Source: Macrostomum hystrix
Lineage: Eukaryota > Animalia > Platyhelminthes
Length of the DNA: 64,000 nt
Assembly: GCA_950097015.1 (NCBI GenBank)
Contig: CATNEN010000024.1
Location: 4,216,001-4,280,000 of the forward strand
Direction of reading: 5' to 3'
Shown here in pieces: positions 25,450 to 38,495 of the stretch. Each line of letters starts with the position of its first letter. Positions within the stretch are counted from its first letter, which is position 1. The notes under the pieces are model-generated. The model had not been told where the DNA came from and did not search any database. It was given only the letters and a program-made list of their open reading frames with translations. Position numbers and translations under genes: made by a program.

Positions 25450-28403
25450 CCAGAATCCCAGTCTTTCACTCCAGAATCCCAGTCTTTCACTCCAGAATCC
25501 CAGTCTTTCACTCCAGAATCCCAAACTCTTATTCCTTAATCCCAATCTCTCACTTCAGAATCCCGACCTCTAACTCAAGAATCCCAATCTCTCACTTCAG
25601 AATCCCAATCTCTCACTGCAGAATCCCAATCTCTCACTTCAGAATCCCAATCTCTCACTTCAGAATCCCAATCTCTCACTTCAGAATCCCAATCTCTCAC
25701 TTCAGAATCCCAATCTCTCACTTCAGAATCCCAATCTCTCACTGCAGAATCCCAATCTCTCACTTCAGAATCCCAATCTATCACTGCAGAATCCCAATCT
25801 CTCACTTCAGAATCCCAATCTCTCACTGCAGAATCCCAATCTCTCACTTCAGAATCCCAATCTATCACTGCAGAATCCCAATCTATCACTGCAGAATCCC
25901 AATCTCCCACTTCAGAATCCCAATCTCTCACTTCAGAATCCCAATCTCTCACTTCAGAATCCCGACCTCTAACTCAAGAATCCCAATCTCTCACTTCAGA
26001 ATCCCGACCTCTAACTCAAGAATCCCAATCTCTCACTTCAGAATCCCAATCTCTCACTGCAGAATCCCAATCTCTCACTTCAGAATCCCAATCTCTCACT
26101 TCAGAATCCCAATCTCTCACTTCAGAATCCCAATCTCTCACTTCAGAATCCCAATCTCTCACTTCAGAATCCCAATCTCTCACTGCAGAATCCCAATCTC
26201 TCACTTCAGAATCCCAATCTATCACTGCAGAATCCCAATCTCTCACTTCAGAATCCCAATCTCTCACTTCAGAATCCCAATCTCTCACTTCAGAATCCCA
26301 ATCTCTCACTGCAGAATCCCAATCTCTCACTTCAGAATCCCAATCTATCACTTCAGAATCCCAATCTATCACTGCAGAATCCCAATCTCTCACTTCAGAA
26401 TCCCAATCTCTCACTTCAGAATCCCAATCTCTCACTTCAGAATCCCAATCTATCACTGCAGAATCCCAATCTCTCACTTCAGAATCCCAATCTCTCACTT
26501 CAGAATCCCAATCTCTCACTTCAGAATCCCAATCTCTCACTTCAGAATCCCAATCTCTCACTGCAGAATCCCAATCTCTCACTTCAGAATCCCAATCTAT
26601 CACTGCAGAATCCCAATCTATCACTGCAGAATCCCAATCTCTCACTTCAGAATCCCAATCTCTCACTTCAGAATCCCAATCTCTCACTTCAGAATCCCAA
26701 TCTCTCACTTCAGAATCCCAATCTCTCACTGCAGAATCCCAATCTCTCACTTCAGAATCCCAATCTATCACTGCAGAATCCCAATCTCTCACTTCAGAAT
26801 CCCAATCTATCACTTCAGAATCCCAATCTATCACTGCAGAATCCCAATCTCTCACTTCAGAATCCCAATCTCTCACTTCAGAATCCCAATCTCTCACTTC
26901 AGAATCCCAATCTCTCACTTCAGAATCCCAATCTCTCACTGCAGAATCCCAATCTCTCACTTCAGAATCCCAATCTATCACTGCAGAATCCCAATCTATC
27001 ACTGCAGAATCCCAATCTCCCACTTCAGAATCCCAATCTCTCACTTCAGAATCCCAATCTCTCACTTCAGAATCCCGACCTCTAACTCAAGAATCCCAAT
27101 CTCTCACTTCAGAATCCCGACCTCTAACTCAAGAATCCCAATCTCTCACTTCAGAATCCCAATCTATCACTGCAGAATCCCAATCTATCACTGCAGAATC
27201 CCAATCTCCCACTTCAGAATCCCAATCTCTCACTTCAGAATCCCAATCTCTCACTTCAGAATCCCGACCTCTAACTCAAGAATCCCAATCTCTCACTTCA
27301 GAATCCCGACCTCTAACTCAAGAATCCCAATCTCTCACTTCAGAATCCCAATCTATCACTGCAGAATCCCAATCTCTCACTGCAGAATCCCAATCACTCA
27401 CTTCAGAATCCCAATCTCTCACTTCAGAATCCCAATCTATCACTGCAGAATCCCAATCTATCACTGCAGAATCCCAATCTCCCACTTCAGAATCCCAATC
27501 TCTCACTTCAGAATCCCAATCTCTCACTTCAGAATCCCAATCTCTCACTGCAGAATCCCGACCTTTAACTCAAGAATCCCAATCTCTCACTTCAGAATCC
27601 CGATCTCTCACTTCAGAATCCCAATCTCTCACTGCAGAATCCCAATCTCTCACTTCAGAATCCCAATCTCTCACTTCAGAATCCCAATCTCTCACTTCAG
27701 AATCCCGACCTCTAACTCAAGAATCCCAATCTCTCACTTCAGAATCCCAATCTCTCACTTCAGAATCCCAATCTCTCACTTCAGAATCCCGACCTCTAAC
27801 TCAAGAATCCCGATCTCTCACTTCAGAATCCCAATCTCTCACTGCAGAATCCCAATCTCTCACTGCAGAATCCCAATCTCTCACTTCAGAATCCCAATCT
27901 CTCACTTCAGAATCCCAATCTCTCACTTCAGAATCCCGACCTCTAACTCAAGAATCCCAATCTCTCACTTCAGAATCCCAATCTCTCACTTCAGAATCCC
28001 GACCTCTAACTCAAGAATCCCAATCTCTCACTGCATAATCCCAATCTCTCACTGCATAATCCCAATCTCTCACTGCATAATCCCAATCTCTCACTGCATA
28101 ATCCCAATCTCTCACTTCAGAATCCCGATCTCTCACTACAGAATCCCGATCTCCCACTTCAGAATCCCAATCTCTCACTTCAGAATCCCAATCTCTCACT
28201 GCATAATCCCAATCTCTCACTGCATAATCCCAATCTCTCACTGCATAATCCCAATCTCTCACTTCAGAATCCCGATCTCTCACTACAGAATCCCGATCTC
28301 CCACTTCAGAATCCCAATCTCTCACTGCATAATCCCAATCTCTCACTGCATAATCCCAATCTCTCACTGCATAATCCCAATCTCTCACTTCAGAATCCCG
28401 ATC
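25450..28403. repeat. 21-bp satellite (CAGAATCCCAATCTCTCACTT)n, 3 kb
   Basis: GAATCC at 25621 and 25642; recurrent variant CCCGACCTCTAACTCAA. Confidence 0.97.
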
Positions 28404-29687
28404 TTTTAAATGTGTAAAATGTGACAAATTCTCTAATAGAAAGTCTCAAATTTAGCAATCCTAATCAGACAAATTAGAAAGTTAATCCTTTGAATGGTTC
28501 CCTAAATCCCGTTGGTTTTAGTCTATTAGAAAATAGAACATGTCAGAAGTCTAACATGGGTTGTGTGATCTAGTGTCCCCTACTAACCAAATCTGCACTC
28601 TAAAATAAAATTCGCTGAAAATGTAGGCACAGTGAAAAGTTTTCGCTGATTCTCGTACTGCCGTTTCGAATTCCCACTTTAAAATCTGCGGTGCAAGCTT
28701 AAAAGCGGGCAGCAACTGTTGCAGACTCCCCATGTCTGCGGCTGAATGGCAATTTGGCAGGAGGGGGAAGTGTAGACTATAGGGAAGACCAGGTTTCGAT
28801 TTTTGATGGGTCAACAGGAAGTAGCTGTGGCTTCGGCTGGCAATCGGGACTTTTATTCCCTCCTAACACTGTCCCGTTGCTTCATATCCAGATCAGGAGC
28901 AGCAATTTGAATTCTAAATTGTTGTTGAAACCGTTAGTAGATCAAGGAAAAAGCAACACGAAATGTGTAGACGAGAAAAAGTTAGAAAAGCTACGCAACT
29001 TCTGCTGTCTCTCTTAGATCTCATGCAGAACTTTAGAAAATGTAGACTAGAAATCTGATCGAGATTGCAAAACGTACCGAATTGGTCCTCTTGAAAATAA
29101 AGTAAAGCACGAATTTTACAACTCTTGGAATCAAATGCGCCGAAAAAATGTTTTTCTCAGCAGTCATACGTTGTACAGGATAGGAATTTTTGTGGTTAGC
29201 AACAGGCACTGCCATTGTGCTGGCACAATGAAAGGCGGATGTTTCATTCGTAATTAGAAAAGATACGTTGTTCTGAAATTTTCCATTGATCCAAAGTAAG
29301 GGCCAAAAAGAGAGTAACAAATTTTTACTGCCAGAAAAAAACGGCAGGAATCAAATGAATAATTTGTTTAACACTTACCTTTGGAAAAATCTGCGTCAGA
29401 CTACAGGGTCTTCGAAAATTCCTTCTTTCTCTTTTGGTAAAGAAAGGTAATTTAACTCGGTGGTGGCGTGAAACATTTTGAAATTTCCATCTAGCAGACT
29501 AGTACCCGGGGGAAAGAATATTTATCCCTTCCATTGCGACCGCTCCTATTGTGCAAATCCCAACACATGAAGAAGGCAGAGACTGGAGAGTGGCTGGAAC
29601 AGCCAGCCAATCACAGGCAGGGACGGAGTGACACTTTCAGAGATTCGCGTTGAAGAAATGGAAAACTACCAACTGAGACAAGAGTGC

Positions 29688-29892
29688 GATGCTTCACTCC
29701 CTGATGCTTCACTCCCTGATGCTTCACTCCCTGATGCTTCACTCCCTGATGCTTCACTCCCTGATGCTTCACTCCCTGATGCTTCACTCCCTGATGCTTC
29801 ACTCCCTGATGCTTCACTCCCTGATGCTTCACTCCCTGATGCTTCACTCCCTGATGCTTCACTCCCTGATGCTTCACTCCCTGATGCTTCAT
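29688..29892. repeat. 15-bp minisatellite (GATGCTTCACTCCCT), about 13 copies
   Basis: Exact tandem copies. Confidence 0.95.
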
Positions 29893-29959
29893 GCCCTGAT
29901 GTATCAATATATCAATCCCCAGATATTTCAATCCCCAGATATTTTAATCCCCAGATATA

Positions 29960-30540
29960 AATCCCAGAGTTATCAATCCCTGGATATATCAATCCCTGGA
30001 TATATCAATCCCTGGATATATCAATCCCTGGATATATCAATCCCTGGATATATCAATCCCTGGATATATCAATCCCTGGATATATCAATCCCTGGATATA
30101 TCAATCCCTGGATATATCAATCCCTGGATATATCAATCCCTGGATATATCAATCCCTGGATATATCAATCCCTGGATATATCAATCCCTGGATATATCAA
30201 TCCCTGGATATATCAATCCCTGGATATATCAATCCCTGGATATATCAATCCCTGGATATATCAATCCCTGGAAAAATCAATCCCTGGATATATCAATCCC
30301 TGGATATATCAATCCCTGGATATATCAATCCCTGGATATATCAATCCCTGGATATATCAATCCCTGGATATATCAATCCCTGGATATATCAATCCCTGGA
30401 TATATCAATCCCTGGATATATCAATCCCTGGATATATCAATCCCTGGATAAATCAATCCCTGGATATATCAATCCCTGGAAAAATCAATCCCTGGATATA
30501 TCAATCCCTGGATATATCAATCCCTGGATAAATCAATCCC
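29960..30540. repeat. 16-bp minisatellite (GGATATATCAATCCCT), about 36 copies
   Basis: Near-exact tandem copies. Confidence 0.95.
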
Positions 30541-30807
30541 AGATTTATTAATCCCCAGATTAATCAATACCGGTAAATATCGATCTCTAGAATCCTTAGA
30601 AGCCAAATCCTTAAATATCGAAGATTTCCTTGTGAAGAGCATCTTTTGCGAACGAATTGTTTTGAGCTACTTTTGTTACAGTTTAAAGTCTGGTTGTCTG
30701 AATAACTGTAAAAGTGAATCTGTTTGAAAATATTACACAGCGATTCTCAGCAACGGGGCTAATGATGCGTTACGCCTCTGGTTTTCAAACTTGCATGCAG
30801 CATCAGA

Positions 30808-30897
30808 GCTGCAATCTGCGCCAATCTCAGAGGTGCAGCTGCAATCTGCGCCAATCTCAGAGGTGCAGCTGCAATCTGCGCCAATCTCAGAGGTGCC
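30808..30897. repeat. 30-bp repeat x3 (GCTGCAATCTGCGCCAATCTCAGAGGTGCA)
   Basis: GCAATCTGCG at 30811, 30841 and 30871. Confidence 0.92.
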
Positions 30898-31141
30898 TTA
30901 CTGATGCTCAGATTTCCTAGCCCTGTCAAGCTCTTTTCTGCGTTAATTTAAAAATAGTAAGTGGTCAGGTGTACTTTTCAGCTTTAAATAATTAACCAGG
31001 TAAGAGAGTTAACCGGTAAATTACTGACCAGTCGTGATAAGCATTGGATCTTTGTTTTATGCTCGTAGCACGGTATAGCTTGAAGTAGCTTGGATGGAAT
31101 GGATTAATGGATGAATGGATAGATGGATGGATGGATGAATG

Positions 31142-31998
31142 CTTCAATCCCCAAATCCATCAAACCTCAAATCCTTCAATCCCCAAATCCTTCAATCCCC
31201 AAATCCTTCAATTTCCAAATCCTTCAATCCCCAAATCCTTCAATCCAGAAATCCTTCTATCCCCAAATCCTTCAATCCCCAAATCCATCAAACCTCAAAT
31301 CCTCCAATCCCCAAATCCTTCGATCCCCAAATCCTTCAATCCCCAAATCCTTCAATCCCCAAATCCTTCAATCCCCAAATCCTTCAATCCCCAAATCCTT
31401 CAATCCCCAAATCCTTCAATCCCCAAATCCTTCAATCCCCAAATCCTTCAATCCAGAAATCCTTCTATCCCCAAATCCTTCAATCCCCAAATCCATCAAA
31501 CCTCAAATCCTCCAATCCCCAAATCCTTCGATCCCCAAATCCTTCAATCCCCAAATCCTTCAATCCCCAAATCCTTCAATCCCCAAATCCTTCAATCCCC
31601 AAATCCTTCAATCCCCAAATCCTTCAATCCCCAAATCCTTAAATCCCCAAATCCATCAAACCTCAAATCCTCCAATCCCCAAATCCTTCGATCCCCAAAT
31701 CCTTCAATCCCCAAATCCATCAAACCTCAAATCCTTCAATCCCCAAATCCATCAAACCTCAAATCCGTCAATCCCCAAATCCTTCAATCCCCAAATCCTT
31801 CAATCCCCAAATCCTTCAATCCCCAAATCCTTCAATCCCCAAATCCTTCGATCCCCAAATCCGTCAATCCCCAAATCCTTCAATCCCCAAATCCTTCAAT
31901 CCCCAAATCCTTCGATCCCCAAATCCGTCAATCCCCAAATCCTTCAATCCCCAAATCCTTCAATCCCCAAATCCTTCGATCCCCAAATCCTTCGATCT
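31142..31998. repeat. 16-bp minisatellite (AATCCCCAAATCCTTC)n
   Basis: Tandem units; no G except in variants. Confidence 0.95.
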
Positions 31999-32462
31999 CC
32001 AAAACCTTAAGTTCATAAATCCTTCGATCACCGGATTTCTTAATTCTCTGATTCTCATCTCCAAACTTCCATTTTTTTAATCTTTATTATAATTATTAAA
32101 TTTAGCTTCCAAGTGTTTCTAATACTACTTAAAACCACTTTTTTGTCTCTCTAGTCTTAGGCGATTTTTTAAAAGACTAGACAGAGGTTACTTCGCCTGA
32201 CTTGGTGCTATCTTTAGAAAGTGTATGTACGTAACCATGCGTGTACATTTTCCGCCAGCCAGATAGACCTAATATTTAGAATGTGGTATATACAATTGGC
32301 CTAAGAGATTAGCTTAGACCACAGAATATTACATTATAACGATAAGACGTTCAAATCTTAATTTCTGGAACTCAAAGCTTTGCTTGGCAGAAAGCGAGAA
32401 GCAATTCGATTACAGAAAACATTAGTTTGGCTGAGTATTTCCTTGCTAGCTTCTGTTTACAC

Positions 32463-35400
32463 ATGAGGTCAAGACATGTGCTGCGGCAGGTGTTTGGCGT
32501 GCTACTTGCGGCCATCCTGACAGCCGCCACCGATAAGTGGGATCCCGACGGTCAAGTACAGTACTCACCTGGCTGGGCCTGCATTGTGCTCAGCGCTCCA
32601 CACGGCGGCAGGCAGAGGCCCGACTGGATCGCCGATCGGCGAGCTGTCGGCTGCGAAGGACCCGACGGTGCCAGCTGCCTGTGGAATATCACCTGTCCGC
32701 ATTCTAAATGTCAAGCGCTGCTTTACGGCGATCCAAATACCCGGCAGATTGCCACCGCTGTGCGAGACTACCTGGCCGAAGATGGTCTGCGGCCGCACCT
32801 CATTGCCAACCATATGGACCGCATGAAGATGGATCCCAATAGAGGAGGACCAGATCTGTCCGAGGGTGGGTGCACTTTCTGTGCCGCTAAATGGCTTGTA
32901 GCTGGGTGTCTGTGGCAGAGCGGTTGACGCGTTTGCCTCTAGCACTAATGTCCCTGAGCTCGATTCCGCGGCGAGGCCACGTTCATTTGTGGCTTGCGGG
33001 CTTGTCGTGCAATTTACGCCCTTGAGGGCCAACCTCCAAGGCACAGTGAGAGTGTACGCTGCCTGACGATGAGAGTCAGGGCAGATGTACACACCTGTGT
33101 GCGTGTGTGCTCAGGAGTCAGCGAAATAGACAGAATTTCCTCCTCGCTGGCTGCAGGTCTAGTGTCACTGTATGATGTTCCTTTTAATTATCGAGGGGTT
33201 GTAGACTAGCGAGTTAGAGCTTAGATGCACAACCTGAAGGTCGGGGGTTCGATTCTTGACTTCACAGGTGAAACCAATTGTTTATCTTTTTATTTTCAGT
33301 TAAGGTAGGTCAAAGTAGGAAAGTTTGGTATTGGAGTAGGTATGATATACTATAGGTAGGTAGGTACACTATTTAATCAATCACTGCCTTTTCACTCCTC
33401 CACTTCAGGCATCCAAAATGATCCGGGCGCGAAAAGAATCTACGAAAGCTATCACGGTTTCATTAAAGAGGCCACAGAAATTGTTAATTCTGATTGTCAT
33501 GGTCGGGGCTTGCTGCTAGACATTCACGGGCAGCATCATCCTCAGAACTGGACCGAGATTGGCTACCTGTGAGCGCTTGGTGAATCTAGGAGCTTGGCAT
33601 TGTCTGCTAGACTGTCTAGTAGACACCAACAAGACCCAGGCAGGGAAGGGTTGGGGGGAGTCTAGTAGATCAGGAAATACATAGGAGAGTCTGGTAGATC
33701 ACGAAATACATGGGAGAGTCTGGTAGATCAATAAAGACATGGGAGAGTCTGGTAGATCAATAACGATATGGGAGAGTCTGGTAGATCAACAAAGACATAG
33801 GAGAGTCTGGTAGATCAAGAAAGATATGGGAGAGTCTGCTAGATCAATAAAGACATAGGAGAGTCTGGTAGATCAAGAAAGACATAGGAGAGTCTGGTAG
33901 ATCAATAAAGACATGGGAGAGTCTGGTAGATCAAGAAAGACATGGGAGAGTCTGGTAGATCAATAAAGACATGGGAGAGTCTGGTAGATCAATAAAGATA
34001 TGGGAGAGTCTGGTAGATCAATAAAGACATGGGAGAGTCTGGTAGATCAATAAAGACATGGGAGAGTCTGGTAGATCACTGATCAGGAAAGATATGGGAG
34101 AGTCTGGTGGATCAATAAAGACATGGGAGAGTCTCGTAGATCAATAAAGACATAGGAGAGTCTCGTAGATCAATAAAGACATAGGAGAGTCTCGTAGATC
34201 AATAAAGACATGGGAGAGTCTGGTAGATCAATAAAGACATAGGAGAGTCTGGTAGATCACTGATCAGGAAAGATATGGGAGAGTCTGGTAGATCAATAAA
34301 GACATTGGAGAGTCTGGTAGATCAATAAAGATATGGGAGAGTCTGGTAGATCAATAAAGACATGGGAGAGTCTGGAAGATCAATAAAGACATGGGAGAGT
34401 CTGGTAGATCACTGATCAGGAAAGATATGGGAGAGTCTGGTAGATCAATAAAGACATGGGAGAGTCTGGTAGATCAATAAAGATATGGGAGAGTCTGGTA
34501 GATCAGTAAAGACATGGGAGAGTCTGGTAGATCAATAAAGACATAGGAGAGTCTGGTAGATCAAGAAAGATATGGGAGAGTCTGGTAGATCAATAAAGAC
34601 ATGGGAGAGTCTGGTAGATCAATAAAGATATGGGAGAGTCTGGTAGATCAATAAAGACATGAGAGAGTCTGGTAGATCAAGAAAGATATGGGAGAGTCTG
34701 GTAGATCAATAAAGACATAGGAGAGTCTGGTAGATCAATAAAGATATGGGAGAGTCTGGTAGATCAATAAAGACATAGGAGAGTCTGGTGGATCAAGAAA
34801 GACATAGGAGAGTCTGGTGGATCAAGAAAGACATAGGAGAGTCTGGTAGATCAATAAAGACATAGGAGAGTCTGGTGGATCAAGAAAGACATAGGAGAGT
34901 CTGGTGGATCAATAAAGACATAGGAGAGTCTGGTGGATCAAGAAAGACATAGGAGAGTCTGGTAGATCAATAAAGACATAGGAGAGTCTGGTGGATCAAG
35001 AAAGACATGGGAGAGTCTGGTAGATCAATAAAGACATGGGAGAGTCTGGTAGATCAATAAAGATATGGGAGAGTCTGGTAGATCAATAAAGACATAGGAG
35101 AGTCTGGTGGATCAATAAAGACATAGGAGAGTCTGGTGGATCAAGAAAGACATAGGAGAGTCTGGTAGATCAATAAAGACATAGGAGAGTCTGGTGGATC
35201 AAGAAAGACATAGGAGAGTCTGGTGGATCAATAAAGACATAGGAGAGTCTCGTAGATCAATAAAGACATGGAGAGTCTGGTAGATCACTGATCAGGAAAG
35301 ATATGGGAGAGTCTGGTGGATCAATAAAGACATGGGAGAGTCTGGTAGATCAATAAAGATATGGGAGAGTCTGGTAGATCAATAAAGACATGGGAGAGTC

Positions 35401-36010
35401 TGGTAGATCAATAAAGATATGGGAGAGTCTGGTAGATCAATAAAGACATGGGAGAGTCTGGTAGATCAATAAAGACATGGGAGAGTCTGGTAGATCACTG
35501 ATCAGGAAAGATATGGGAGAGTCTGGTAGATCAATAAAGACATGGGAGAGTGTTTGATCAAAGAAGGGGCGAAGAGTATTCAAGATTAAAATCCAGACTA
35601 TCAAGGAATTAATAGACCCACCCCGGCCTCGAAGGTTGAGCAAGGAACAGCTAAACGACGGTCAGTACCCAACGGAATGGACCAGCATTCGCGGCCTTGT
35701 CGGCCGTACCAGCGGCTCAGCCAACGCTCGCGAATTCATCATCGGGCCGCGCAGTCTTGGCAGCCTATTGAACAGCTTCTGTCAGCGTGTGGTGCCCAGT
35801 GCCAGTCTCCCGGCCCCGCAAACAGGTGGCTACTACTCTGGCGGCTTCATCACAAAGGAGTACGGCTCAAGGGACGGCGGAGAGTTCGACGCAATGCAGG
35901 TTGAGATCACCCAGGCGGTAATGTACGCCAGCGAGGCGGAGCGGGACTTGTTCAGTCGACAGCTGGCAATCAGCATCGGCCTGTTTGCCAGGGCGAATGG
36001 CTACGCCTGA
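32463..36010 (+). CDS. Secreted N-formylglutamate amidohydrolase-like (FGase/HutG family, Zn-hydrolase fold) protein, 312 aa, 3 exons
   Basis: Exons are 32463-32865 (G|GTGGGT), 33409-33568 (TTCAG|; CT|GTGAGC) and 35635-36010 (GAAG|; TGA). Total 939 nt with consistent phases. Family motifs: LSAPHGG, GDPNT, PHLIANHMDRMKMDPNR, YESYHGFI, GLLLDIHGQHH, EIGYL, YYSGGFITKEYGS, DAMQVE. The N-terminus is hydrophobic (VFGVLLAAILTAA). Confidence 0.88.
33193..33265 (+). mobile_element. Degenerate 5' head fragment of the same SINE
   Basis: GAGGGGTTGTAGACTAGCGAGTTAGAGC...TGAAGGTCGGGGGTTCGATTCTTGAC aligns to the head of the 5697-5907 element. It lies in intron 1 of the hydrolase gene. Confidence 0.7.
33645..35555. 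repeat. 29-bp satellite (GACATGGGAGAGTCTGGTAGATCAATAAA)n filling hydrolase intron 2
   Basis: ACATGGG at 33911 and 33940; recurrent longer variant GATCACTGATCAGGAAAG. Confidence 0.97.
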
Positions 36011-36033
36011 CAGAGATACTTTTTATGTTTTAG

Positions 36034-36315
36034 CAAATCCCTTTGACCCGAATCCCTTCGACCCAAATCCCTTTGACCCAAATCCCTTTGATCCAAATCC
36101 CTTTGATCAAAATCCCTTTGACCCAAATCCCTTTGATCCAAATCCCTTTGATCCAAATCCCTTTGACCCAAATCCTGACTGTTCCAAATCCCTTCGACCC
36201 AAATCCCTTTGATCCAAATCCCTTTGACCCAAATCCCTTCGACCCAAATCCCTTTGACCCAAATCCTGACTGTTCCAAATCCCTTTGACCCAAATCACTT
36301 TGACCTAAATCCCAA
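36034..36315. repeat. 15-bp minisatellite (AAATCCCTTTGACCC)n just 3' of the hydrolase stop codon
   Basis: Tandem units start about 25 nt after the TGA at 36010. Confidence 0.92.
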
Positions 36316-36579
36316 TCGACCCAAATGCTGGATGACCCAGATCTATCCCCTGTCTCGTCTCTCCCCAGTCTCATTTCATCCCAGTCTAATCTCGCCACTG
36401 TATCACAAAAATAAATCAGTGAATAAATATATGAAATGGGGACACAATCCACCAATATAAAGTGGCTCATCATTTTATTATTTCAGAAATAATAATGTGT
36501 TTTTTTATTTAGAATGCAGTTCAAACACTTATCTCCAAAGGAGATTGTTGTCACCGCCCCTCCCCTAGATTCGCCAATG

Positions 36580-36924
36580 AATTCTACAATCATTCTACAA
36601 TCATTCTACAATCATTCTACAATCATTCTACAATCATTCTACAATCATTCTACAATCATTCTACAATCATTCTACAATCATTCTACAATCATTCTACAAT
36701 CATTCTACAATCATTCTACAATCATTCTACAATCATTCTACAATCATTCTACAATCATTCTACAATCATTCTACAATCATTCTACAATCATTCTACAATC
36801 ATTCTACAATCATTCTACAATCATTCTACAATCATTCTACAATCATTCTACAATCATTCTACAATCATTCTACAATCATTCTACAATCATTCTACAATCA
36901 TTCTACAATCATTCTACAATCATT
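36580..36924. repeat. 11-bp minisatellite (TCATTCTACAA), about 31 copies
   Basis: Exact tandem copies. Confidence 0.97.
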
Positions 36925-37253
36925 CGATTATAAATCACGTCAAACTGTGCTGAAATAATTCTAGTGTACACGTGCTTGCATTATATTATGCATGCTGCAA
37001 AATTTTTATCTTCGGCTAGTTAATCTTTGCTTTCCGACTATTCACCTTTAACATGGAATATAGTGAGTGATCTTCTACTTCCAGTAGCCACTATTGTTTA
37101 TTGTTGATAGTTTTTTGTTTCCTTATTTGAATCAGTGTAAAATATTGTCTGAGACTGCTAAAAACGTGTTATATATTATTCTACTAAGAATGAAATTATC
37201 AGCACAAAAAAACATAAATTGAGAACCAATAAACGGTGTGAAACTATCACCAG

Positions 37254-37670
37254 CGTGCAAACCTCAGGCGTGCAAACCTCAAGGTGTGCAAACCTAAGAC
37301 GTGCAAACCTAAGGCGTGCGAACCTCAGGCATGCAAACCTCAGGCATGCAAAACTCAGGCGTGCAAACCTCAAGGTGTGCAAACCTAAGACGTGCAAACC
37401 TAAGGCGTGCGAACCTCAGGCATGCAAACCTCAGGCATGCAAACCTCAGGCATGCAAACCTAAGGCGTGCAAACCTCAGGCGTGCAAAACTCAGGCGTGC
37501 AAAACTCAGGCGTGCAAACCTCAGGCGTGCAAAACTCAGGCGTGCAAACCTCAGGCGTGCAAAACTAAGGCGTGCAAACCTCAGGCGTGCAAACCTCAGG
37601 CGTGCAAAACTCAGGCGTGCAAACCTCAGGCGTGCAAACCTCAGGCGTGCAAAACTAAGGCACGCAAACC
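37254..37670. repeat. 15-bp minisatellite (GTGCAAACCTCAGGC)n
   Basis: Tandem units with point variants. Confidence 0.95.
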
Positions 37671-38495
37671 ACCAAACCACAGGCATAAATAATGACATGT
37701 CGATGCAAGCAAAACGAATTCAAATAGTTTCATGTTGCCAGGTGAGATGATAGCGGTGTAACATCTAATTTACAGCTAGCTAATTAACAGATGTAATTAG
37801 TGTTTATAAATAAAGGCCTATACACAATAATAATCTCTATGTTTCGGATAGCAAGTCTGCTGAGGTCCTAATTGATCGAATCTAATTTTGAATGCCAAAT
37901 TTTCACCTGAAAAATGCTGATTAGCTGTATTTTTTAATAAAATAATTGCGCAATCCAGGTGTGAAATTTGTCGCCTGTGTAGGCGCGATTTTTGACACCC
38001 CCTCGACCGACTGGATGATTGCCGGCGCATAAGACAGGTGTGAGAACTATATTGCATAATTAGTTCCACAATACCAACGGCAGGCCGCAACGTGTGGCCG
38101 CTAATTGTTTGAGGGCCATAAAAGCGGAATTATACTATCATTGTTACTAATCTAGTCTAAGCTCAACTTTGTACTCATCGTCTTCTCATTATAGACGCGG
38201 GATTAAGTATATTGTGCAATAAGGAATCAGTGTTTGATAGCGAATTTCATATTGAAACTAAGATGTGCAAATAAGAGATAAAATATAGATAAAGTTTATC
38301 TATAATATCTGCTTAAGTGGCTGACAATCTAGGACTTAGCACCTATCTGTGTCTATCTGATCAATAATGAATACAATCTCTATAATTTAATAATAATTCT
38401 TTGCCATTTTACATGGCTCAGAATGGAATTTAGGACAGAAAAGTACTTCCAGATTCAATCTCAAAGCTTTGAGTTCCAATTTCTAACACCGGACC

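Noticed and set aside
25575-32018. ORFs made of VRDWDSE, HQGVK, DASLP and PQILQSPNPS repeats
   Set aside because: Each is the translation of a tandem unit, open in several frames, with no splice signals or unique flanking domain.
33645-35555. CRISPR array (29-39 bp repeats here and at 49150-50188 and 52858-53545)
   Set aside because: The units are head-to-tail with no unique spacers, there are no cas genes, and the context is a eukaryotic intron or spacer.
32463-36010. Bacterial contamination as the source of the hydrolase gene
   Set aside because: It has two GT-AG introns, one holding a host SINE fragment and one a satellite, and it is contiguous with an animal homeobox gene.
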